From assembly GCA_966685145.1 (NCBI GenBank), contig CBKXXB010000003.1, forward strand, positions 1 through 57,700: a stretch of DNA of 57,700 nt, written 5' to 3'. The notes beneath the pieces are model-generated. The model made no database searches. It saw only the letters and a program-made list of their open reading frames with translations, and was not told the DNA's origin. Shown piece by piece: positions 46,971 through 54,594 of this stretch (position 1 is the stretch's first letter; the number at the start of each line of letters is the position of its first letter). The position numbers were made by a program, and so were the translations under genes. This stretch comes from an uncultured bacterium (GTDB lineage Bacteria > Patescibacteriota > Saccharimonadia > Saccharimonadales > OFTM59).

Positions 46971-48257
46971 TTAATCCCAAAGCGGAGCTATGTGCGTATG
47001 CAATTTCTCTACAAATGGTTCACCCGCCTTGCCAAGAGTGCCCATACCCCAGATTTGTTCCTCGAACATGGCCTTGGCAATAGTAATAATACGGTTTTTC
47101 GAAACAGCCCGTATTCGTTCCGGAACCTTGTAATAGTCATCAACCACGTCATCGAAAAAGTAGCGGTGACTGTATCCGGCAGCCGTGCCGGCTACGGTTT
47201 GGCCGCTACGCTGATATCGGCCCAGCGCGTACTGTTTGGCTGCTGTAATATCGTCGTCTTCAAGGTCACCCTCGAACACGGAATGGAGTTCCTTAAGTAT
47301 GATATCGAAGAGTTTTGGCGCGTTCTTAGGCATTACCTGGGCACCAAACCACCAGTTGCTGTTGTCCAATGTCTGTCCAAAACCGGAACTCATGCTGTAA
47401 ACCAACCCATTTTCGCGGGCACTGCCCAGGATACGGGAATAGAGAGTTTCGGTGAGCATGGTGTTAATAAGGCTGAGTGCATCTGTTTCCGGATCGCGCA
47501 TACGGCGGGACATGAACGTATCAATATAAAAATAAAGGTTTTCAATGGAGTCATTGTGAATGTAGAGCGGCTTCGAGAGCCTACTCGGCATTTCATGCGG
47601 CAATTCAAGCCTACCCTCACCTTCCGGCAACTCCATGATATTAAGAAGCTGGCGTATAATTTTGCGACGCGATGGTGGTAGTTTACCGGCTATTACAAAA
47701 CGCATATTGCTGGTTTTATGGGTATTGGTGTAATGGGCACGTATGTCCTCTAGCTGGACGTGCCTCATTAATCTCAAGCGTTCTTGATCAGTCAGAACAG
47801 AGAAGCCATATGCTTCGCGAAGAGCTAGACTAAGGTGCCTGAAGTGATTATTGGAGCGGGCAGTTAGTTCCTCGCGCACGTTGCCGAACTCGGCCTCGAA
47901 CTCGTCCTGCAAAAATAGCGGCTTGGTAATAGCGACTGTCATAAGGTCCAGAATGCGGTCCCATTCAAAGTCGGCGCATTCCGCTTCGTAAGTAATATCG
48001 TAAGTACCAGTACTGGCATTACAATAAGCGCCGTTCTTTTCAAACTCAGCCTGGAAATGCCTGGCCTTAGGAATCAGCTCATTTGCTCCCAGCAAAACGT
48101 GTTCCATGATATGCGGCGTTTCCCACTTCTGCCTAGGGACCAAATATTCGCCTGCACGAAAGTTGAACTCGTAAGTCATAACCGTAGATTCAGGTATATG
48201 GATAAGGAGCCCGCGGGCACCATTCTGAAGAACAACCTCTGTTACACTGTGTCGCAT
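46971..48257 (-). CDS. M16 family metallopeptidase
   Basis: LQNG, HIMEH (HxxEH), NAST and SRI...ARENGLVY motifs. Confidence 0.9.
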   Translation of the reverse strand: MRHSVTEVVLQNGARGLLIHIPESTVMTYEFNFRAGEYLVPRQKWETPHIMEHVLLGANELIPKARHFQAEFEKNGAYCNASTGTYDITYEAECADFEWDRILDLMTVAITKPLFLQDEFEAEFGNVREELTARSNNHFRHLSLALREAYGFSVLTDQERLRLMRHVQLEDIRAHYTNTHKTSNMRFVIAGKLPPSRRKIIRQLLNIMELPEGEGRLELPHEMPSRLSKPLYIHNDSIENLYFYIDTFMSRRMRDPETDALSLINTMLTETLYSRILGSARENGLVYSMSSGFGQTLDNSNWWFGAQVMPKNAPKLFDIILKELHSVFEGDLEDDDITAAKQYALGRYQRSGQTVAGTAAGYSHRYFFDDVVDDYYKVPERIRAVSKNRIITIAKAMFEEQIWGMGTLGKAGEPFVEKLHTHIAPLWD

Positions 48258-48265
48258 GTAAGAGG

Positions 48266-50869
48266 TTACTTCCTGCTCTTGCCTTTGGCGCGGCGCTTTC
48301 GCTCGGCTTTTCGGCTCTTGCGCCTTTTGTCTTGAACTTGGCGCTTGACTTGTTTCTCTATTTGTTGGGGCACAAAGTCGGTATCATGAAATTCTTCGGC
48401 TTTCAGAATCCTGTCCGCATTGTCCACGGATTGCCGGGCTGCCCGCGTTAAATCAGTCTCGATAGCTCTATTAAGCTCTTCTTCGTCAATCGGACGGGCA
48501 TGGAAGACTGCACGAACCACGTCATGCCTGAGGGTTTGCTGCATTTCTTCAAACAACCGTTGTCCTTGGCGGCGATACTCAACAAGCGGGTCGCGCTGAC
48601 CGACACTTATCCAGTGGATGCCCTCTCGAAGGTGGTCCATATTTTCAAGGTGTTGCATCCAGAGATTGTCGAGTACCTGCAGATATATGTCACGCTCAAC
48701 TTTACGCATGATTTCGGGTGTAAAGGCTGTTTCCCTGGCCTTGTAAAGTTCGAGTGCCTCCGTCTCAAGTACTTGGCCGAACTTGTCAGCCGGACTATCA
48801 AACAACCTGTCCAGGGTTTCATCATCAAACGGGAACACTTCCGTGACTATTGCTTCGAATTGGTCGCTCGTAATCATCGGCGAAACAGCCAGCGCCCGGG
48901 CTTCGTCTTGTATAAACAGCTTAACGCGGCCTCTGATCTCAGCCTGCCCTAAGATTTCCCGTCGCATAGCATATGTAGCCTTGCGGTGACGGTTCATGAC
49001 GTCGTCGTACTGAACGACGTTTTTACGCATGTCAAAGTTATAGCCTTCGACTTTCTTCTGAGCACCCTCCAGGCTCTTGCTTATGACGCGGTTCTGTATA
49101 GGCGTTTCGTCATCGACGCCAAGACGACTCATGATAGTACCTATGCGATCACCGCCGAAAATTCGCATAAGGTCATCCTCGGTACTTACGAAGAACTGTG
49201 TCATACCGGGATCGCCCTGTCGTCCGGCGCGACCACGCAACTGATTGTCAATACGCCTGGACTCATGTCTCTCCGAACCGATAACATACAAACCGCCAAG
49301 TTCTTTGACCCCCTTCCCCAGCACGATGTCCGTACCACGTCCGGCAATGTTGGTGGCAAGCGTTACGGCAGCCTTTTCACCTGCTTTGGCGACAATGCTG
49401 GCTTCACGCTCGTTGTTCTTGGCGTTAAGTACTTGGTGCGTTACTTTTGCCTGTTTGAGCAGTATACTCAGCGTTTCGTTTTTTTCGATTGAAGCCGTAC
49501 CGATTAGTACAGGCTGCCCACGTTTTTGAGCATCTTTTACCTCTTCGACTAGGGCTTTGAATTTGCCCTTTTCGGTCTTGTAAATACGGTCCGGTTTGTC
49601 GTCGCGCACTATAGGACGGTTCGGTGGTATCTCAACGACGTCGAGTTTGTATATCTGGTGGAATTCCTCGCTCTCGGTAAGCGCAGTACCTGTCATACCG
49701 GCAAGCTTGTCATAGAGGCGGAAGTAATTCTGGAAAGAAATGGTCGCGAGCGTCATCGATTCTTCCTGGACCTCTACGCCTTCTTTGGCCTCAATAGCCT
49801 GGTGCAGACCTTCATTATAGCGGCGGCCTTTTAGTAAGCGTCCGGTAAACTCGTCAACGATGACAACTTCACCGTCAGCCGTTACCACGTAATCCTTGTC
49901 GCGCTTGAAAATAGCCTGCGCCTTAAGTGCTTGCTCCAGATGATAAATGGTTCGAATATTTTCTGTTCCGTACAGATTATCAATACCCAAGATGCGCTCC
50001 ACGTGCTCCACGCCTTCATCGGTCAGGACAACTGAGCGGCGCTTTTCATCAACTTCAAAGTCTTTGTCGCGCTTTAGGTTACGCACTACCTTGGCAAACT
50101 GAGCATAAGCGGTGCCGCTTGTCACGGAAGGCGCAGAAATAATAAGCGGTGTGCGGGCTTCGTCGATCAGAATTGAGTCCACCTCGTCAACGATGGCATA
50201 ATTAAGCTCCCGCTGGCGGAGCTGGTCGGTTTCGCGCACCATGTTGTCGCGCAGATAGTCAAAGCCAAATTCGTTATTGGTTCCGTAAGTGATGTCGGCC
50301 CTGTAGGCTTCCTGTCGGGTAGCCGGTTTGAGATGACGGAAACGCGGGTCCTCGTGGTCTTTGTTGACGAATTTTTTATCAAAAATGTATGACTGATCAG
50401 CTAGGATTACGCCAACACTCATGCTCAAAAAATTATAAATCTCACCCATCCAGCCGGCATCACGCTGCGCCAGATAATCGTTAACCGTAACAACGTGCGC
50501 TCCTTTTTCGGTAAGCGCATTCAAGTAAATCGGCAGCGTAGCGACCAAGGTCTTACCTTCACCCGTCTTCATCTCCGCGACATTACCTTCGTGAAGCACC
50601 ATACCGCCTATCAGCTGCACATCGAAATGCCGCTGTTTAAGTGTTCTGGTGGCGGCTTCGCGCACCACAGCAAAGGCATCGGGCAAGATTTTGTCCAGTG
50701 ATTCTTTCTTAAGGCGTTTTTTGAGCTTATCAGTTTGTTCACGCAGCTGTTTGTCGCTCATTTTGGCGTACGTGTCAGCCAGCGCGTTAACTTCCTTAAC
50801 GCGTCTTTTCAATCTTTTCACAGTTCTGGCTTGCGGGTCGCCCAGCACCCGTTTTAATAACTTCCTCAT
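48266..50869 (-). CDS. secA: Preprotein translocase ATPase SecA
   Basis: EMKTGEGKTL, VDEVDSILIDEARTPLIIS and QLRGRAGRQGDPG motifs; ATG 50869 follows GGAG. Confidence 0.99.
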   Translation of the reverse strand: MRKLLKRVLGDPQARTVKRLKRRVKEVNALADTYAKMSDKQLREQTDKLKKRLKKESLDKILPDAFAVVREAATRTLKQRHFDVQLIGGMVLHEGNVAEMKTGEGKTLVATLPIYLNALTEKGAHVVTVNDYLAQRDAGWMGEIYNFLSMSVGVILADQSYIFDKKFVNKDHEDPRFRHLKPATRQEAYRADITYGTNNEFGFDYLRDNMVRETDQLRQRELNYAIVDEVDSILIDEARTPLIISAPSVTSGTAYAQFAKVVRNLKRDKDFEVDEKRRSVVLTDEGVEHVERILGIDNLYGTENIRTIYHLEQALKAQAIFKRDKDYVVTADGEVVIVDEFTGRLLKGRRYNEGLHQAIEAKEGVEVQEESMTLATISFQNYFRLYDKLAGMTGTALTESEEFHQIYKLDVVEIPPNRPIVRDDKPDRIYKTEKGKFKALVEEVKDAQKRGQPVLIGTASIEKNETLSILLKQAKVTHQVLNAKNNEREASIVAKAGEKAAVTLATNIAGRGTDIVLGKGVKELGGLYVIGSERHESRRIDNQLRGRAGRQGDPGMTQFFVSTEDDLMRIFGGDRIGTIMSRLGVDDETPIQNRVISKSLEGAQKKVEGYNFDMRKNVVQYDDVMNRHRKATYAMRREILGQAEIRGRVKLFIQDEARALAVSPMITSDQFEAIVTEVFPFDDETLDRLFDSPADKFGQVLETEALELYKARETAFTPEIMRKVERDIYLQVLDNLWMQHLENMDHLREGIHWISVGQRDPLVEYRRQGQRLFEEMQQTLRHDVVRAVFHARPIDEEELNRAIETDLTRAARQSVDNADRILKAEEFHDTDFVPQQIEKQVKRQVQDKRRKSRKAERKRRAKGKSRK

Positions 50870-51008
50870 TGGCACTCCGTTATTCTGACTCTATCAGTCA
50901 AACAGCAATATGCATTATTCTACCGTATGCACGGAGTTCATGCCACGTAATTTTGACAATTTAGCGCCTTTACGCGAATCTATGGCTCGCCAGCTCTAGG
51001 GGACAGCT

Positions 51009-51374
51009 CTAAGCTGAACCGCTTCGCCGGATTTTCATAAGTACACGGCGATGAAGTCTTAAGCTGCTGTGAGTTTCTTTGTACTTTTTGAGTTGATTCT
51101 TTAACGTTTCCTCGACAATATCAACGGCAGCGAAGGGGTTCACGGTAGTTTCTTTTACTGTCAGGGTATCTTTAGGCAAGAATAAAATTACTTCGCAGGT
51201 ATGTTGCTTGCGCTGCTTGATTTTGGATTCTTTTATGAGTATTTCGGCATGGGCCGATTCCCGTGCATGCTTGGGTAAAAAACGGTCAAGCCGGCCGATT
51301 TTCCTGTTAATATATTTCCGCAAATCATTGCTAACTGTTGTGTGCACGCCATTGATCTCTAATTTTTTAATCAT
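51009..51374 (-). CDS. hpf: Ribosome hibernation factor HPF/RaiA (short form)
   Basis: I.G....S.DLR.YI..KI..L.R...AAVD......QL.KYK; located upstream of secA. Confidence 0.9.
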   Translation of the reverse strand: MIKKLEINGVHTTVSNDLRKYINRKIGRLDRFLPKHARESAHAEILIKESKIKQRKQHTCEVILFLPKDTLTVKETTVNPFAAVDIVEETLKNQLKKYKETHSSLRLHRRVLMKIRRSGSA

Positions 51375-52666
51375 AGCTCCTCCTTATTGCCCATGTAAGG
51401 ACGTAACACTTCCGGAATTAAAACCCGGCCATCTGCTGTTTGATAGTTTTCTATGATTGCAACCAACGGTCTTTCGGAAAAAGCCGTCGCATCATTAGTA
51501 TGCACCAATTGTACGTTGCCGTCTTGTCTACGAACCCGTGTCTGCAAGCGTCTAGCCTGGTAATCCGTTATATAGTCAGCGGTGTGTGTTTCGCGGTAAC
51601 GGTTCTGCCCCGGCAGCCAGGCTTCTATGTCGACGCCGCGAGCATTCGGTCCGCCTATATCAGCCGTGCACTTGAGTAATACCTGATATGGCAGTTTGAG
51701 CTGCTGCATCAGATATTCCTGTATGGCGACCATGAGCAAATGTTCCACCAAAGAGGCTTCCGGCAAGTTGAAGCTCTCCATCTCAAGCTTATTGAACTGG
51801 TGAAGGCGCAGTATACCCTCCATGTCCTTGCCATATGTACCCGCTTCGCGCCTAAAAGCTGTCGTATAACCGATATAGCGAATCGGGAAATCGGACTCAT
51901 CAAGTATTTCGCCCAGATACATAGGCGCCATGGTGTGTTCAGCACTGGCATTAAGCCATAAATCATCATCGGCAAGCCGGTAGGTTTGTTCTTCTTTATT
52001 GAGGCGGCCGGTAGCTTCATAGACATCGGTCTTAGCTACCGCCGGAGGTAAAACCGGCGTAAATGGCCTGGAACTAACCTGAAGGTTGTTTTCCTGAATT
52101 ATCTGCTGAATAACCGACTCATCGGTAAGCTTGTCGAGCGCGAACTGCCAGAGCGCGAACTCAAGTCGTACCAAATTGCCTTTGATGTACGCAAAGCGTG
52201 CACCGGCGACTTTGGCGGCACGCTCCTTGTCAATCCAGCCTTTTGCTTCGGCCAGTTCCCAATGCGTTTTGGGTTGAAAATCAAAAGCCGGTTTCTCGCC
52301 CCATTGTTTAATAACTACATTTTCATTCTCCGACGCACCTACCGGCACGTCTTCTGTGGGCATGTTGGGTACGGTTTTTAGTAACACAAGAAACTCTTGT
52401 TCAATCGCGTTTAATTGATGCTCCAGGTCCGACAGCTGAGTCTTGATATCACGGCCGCGGGCTACCTGTTCATCGCTTGGCCGCTGACCCTTGGTCGCTT
52501 CGGCCAGTTCATTGCGTTCTCGTCGCAGATTTTCGACCCGAGCTAAAAGCTCACGCCTTTTGCCATCAAACCCAAGCAACTGCTCAATATCTACATCGTA
52601 ACCTTTTTGTTTCGACTTCTCTTGGACCAACTCACGATTTTCTCGGATAAACTGAATATCTAGCAT
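51371..52666 (-). CDS. serS: Serine--tRNA ligase
   Basis: MLDIQFIREN, FRREAG..GKD..G..RLHQFNKLE and ENYQ..DG...IPEVLRPYMG motifs. Confidence 0.98.
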   Translation of the reverse strand: MLDIQFIRENRELVQEKSKQKGYDVDIEQLLGFDGKRRELLARVENLRRERNELAEATKGQRPSDEQVARGRDIKTQLSDLEHQLNAIEQEFLVLLKTVPNMPTEDVPVGASENENVVIKQWGEKPAFDFQPKTHWELAEAKGWIDKERAAKVAGARFAYIKGNLVRLEFALWQFALDKLTDESVIQQIIQENNLQVSSRPFTPVLPPAVAKTDVYEATGRLNKEEQTYRLADDDLWLNASAEHTMAPMYLGEILDESDFPIRYIGYTTAFRREAGTYGKDMEGILRLHQFNKLEMESFNLPEASLVEHLLMVAIQEYLMQQLKLPYQVLLKCTADIGGPNARGVDIEAWLPGQNRYRETHTADYITDYQARRLQTRVRRQDGNVQLVHTNDATAFSERPLVAIIENYQTADGRVLIPEVLRPYMGNKEEL

Positions 52667-52730
52667 ACCTTCCAGTATACCGCAGGCACTTAAGTATTGT
52701 GGAGTATGGTTATCTGAGTAACTAGTTAAA

Positions 52731-53024
52731 TCAACTAGGCCTGTTCACTTCTCGAAGGGCTTCCATGGGTATGGGACCGCCAGGCTCAATAGTACTAACT
52801 GTGGTGGGGGCTGGCAACGGAGGTGCGGTTACGTCTGGTCGTGAACCTGTTATGGGAGTAGGCCCATCGCTTCCCTCAGCGCACGCAGTCAAAGTTAGCG
52901 TTGCCATGCTTACCAGAACAGCCCCGGCCCGCAAGAGCCTATTAGGGACATAAACTAAATCGGGTGTGTTAGTCACGTCTGAAATTAACTCTTCTCGGCT
53001 GCGTCCAAACATTTTTGGCCTCAC
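52731..53024 (-). CDS. Hypothetical lipoprotein-like small protein
   Basis: Hydrophobic stretch ending LTAC, then a P/T-rich tail; own TTGACA-17-TAATAT promoter (53042-53070). Confidence 0.55.
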   Translation of the reverse strand: MRPKMFGRSREELISDVTNTPDLVYVPNRLLRAGAVLVSMATLTLTACAEGSDGPTPITGSRPDVTAPPLPAPTTVSTIEPGGPIPMEALREVNRPS

Positions 53025-53076
53025 GTTTTAAATACAGATATATATTATCATATAGTAGTATATTTGTCAATGTATA

Positions 53077-53892
53077 CTACTGCTTATTGCGTGTATGGGA
53101 AAGAGTTTTTGGCTGCATTATTTTTTTCATGGCATCCAGGGTTAATTCGGTTCGGGCGCGGGCATAACTACAAAAATCACATTCACCGCCCATAGCTGCC
53201 TTGCCTACCGGCGGTATGCCCCCTTCCAGGCACTCCTTCATGTCCTGTAAAGTTTGATCGATCCAACTGGCATCACCTCTGTAAGGAATAATCTTGGTTT
53301 TGAACTCTACCCTGTCATAGAACCCATCCAAATCCAGCCTGCCGTTGGTATACACGAAATATGCGGTGTCGCTTACTGAAAAGCCGTTTTGCCTGAGCAG
53401 CCATTGATACACCTCCATTTGACGCTTGTAACTCATTTGCCAATCGGCATCCAGCGACACATCACTTTGCTTGGCAGTAGCTTTATAGTCCACTACGGCC
53501 AGTTCCTGATCTTCGGTCATCCAAACATCATCTATCGCTCCAAAAACAAGCAAATTGGTAGGCTCATGCAGTGCTTGAACGCCAACGAAGTTTTCCCGCC
53601 AGGTGCTAAGGTTTGCGTGTGCGAACGGTATCGCACGGATCTTGTAGCTTGTCATAAGCGGATGGGGTTTTCCCTGCGTGCGGTAACTGTCAAACTCTTT
53701 TTTAAGAAGTTCGTCTATGGCTTTATTAATCTGAAACGGCGGGCCGTCAGGACGCTTTATCTTTAGGCGCGCGTCCAGCCAGAAGCAGCGCGGGCACTGC
53801 ATAAACAGTTCGATCTTGCTGCGGCTTATTTTATAAACGGTATCTTGCCCAGGCTTATACGGTAAGCTTCTTTGTCGCAAATAATTCCCCAT
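53077..53892 (-). CDS. PD-(D/E)XK nuclease, Cas4/AddB-like
   Basis: SRSKI....QCPRC, GAIDD, VVDYK, QMEVY and CDFC motifs. Confidence 0.88.
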   Translation of the reverse strand: MGNYLRQRSLPYKPGQDTVYKISRSKIELFMQCPRCFWLDARLKIKRPDGPPFQINKAIDELLKKEFDSYRTQGKPHPLMTSYKIRAIPFAHANLSTWRENFVGVQALHEPTNLLVFGAIDDVWMTEDQELAVVDYKATAKQSDVSLDADWQMSYKRQMEVYQWLLRQNGFSVSDTAYFVYTNGRLDLDGFYDRVEFKTKIIPYRGDASWIDQTLQDMKECLEGGIPPVGKAAMGGECDFCSYARARTELTLDAMKKIMQPKTLSHTRNKQ

Positions 53893-53898
53893 ATCCTT

Positions 53899-54594
53899 TT
53901 ATTGTAACAGTTTTGCGGCAGCTACAATCGTGGCCGTTTCGCCACGCAGCGTAAAGTCATGAAGTTTAAGACTAGAGATATTGCGCTCCTGGAACAATGA
54001 TTTTTCCGCATCCGACCATCCACCCTCTGGACCTATAAGCACACCCAATTTATCACCATCATTCGGTGTGGCGTCTTGCTGGTCGACCGTTTGCTCGCAT
54101 ACATACAATGTAATCTTGGACTCCAGTTCTTCCAGCGCCGTTTCCAGCCGCACGGGTTCACGAACTGTCGGAATATCACTACGGCCGCATTGTTCAGCAG
54201 CCTCAATGATAATTTTCTGAGCACGATCCATATCAAAGCCAAGCTTTTCGGATCGTTCTGTAAGAAGCGGCAAAAAATGGCTTACACCAAGCTCTGTACA
54301 TTTTTGCAGTACCCATTCGTTTTTGTCTTTCTTGAGCACCGACCAGAGTAGATGTACATCGCGCTTCGGAACCTGTCTTACCATATCTGTTATGTGTACG
54401 AGATGCGCTTCGCGCGAATTTATTTCTTCAAGGCGATAAAGTCTATCGTGGTCTATGCCGTCAAATAGGACTAATTGCTGACCGGGACCCATGCGAAGAA
54501 CGCGTCCCCACTGGTAAACAAGCCGCTCGTCATGCAGCCAAAAGTCATGCTCGAGCTTAATCGGCGGCGGTACATAAAACCTATGTATGCGCAT
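53899..54594 (-). CDS. rsmE: 16S rRNA m3U1498 methyltransferase
   Basis: VLRM, QKCTELGV, EAAEQCGR, IGPEGGW and LRGETA motifs. Confidence 0.96.
   Translation of the reverse strand: MRIHRFYVPPPIKLEHDFWLHDERLVYQWGRVLRMGPGQQLVLFDGIDHDRLYRLEEINSREAHLVHITDMVRQVPKRDVHLLWSVLKKDKNEWVLQKCTELGVSHFLPLLTERSEKLGFDMDRAQKIIIEAAEQCGRSDIPTVREPVRLETALEELESKITLYVCEQTVDQQDATPNDGDKLGVLIGPEGGWSDAEKSLFQERNISSLKLHDFTLRGETATIVAAAKLLQ

Noticed and set aside
46992-47681. 229-aa plus-strand ORF and other long antisense ORFs over secA, pyrG and prfB
   Set aside because: Fully overlap well-supported minus-strand genes; no motifs
53077-53892. CRISPR-Cas locus
   Set aside because: No repeat-spacer array or other cas genes seen in the window
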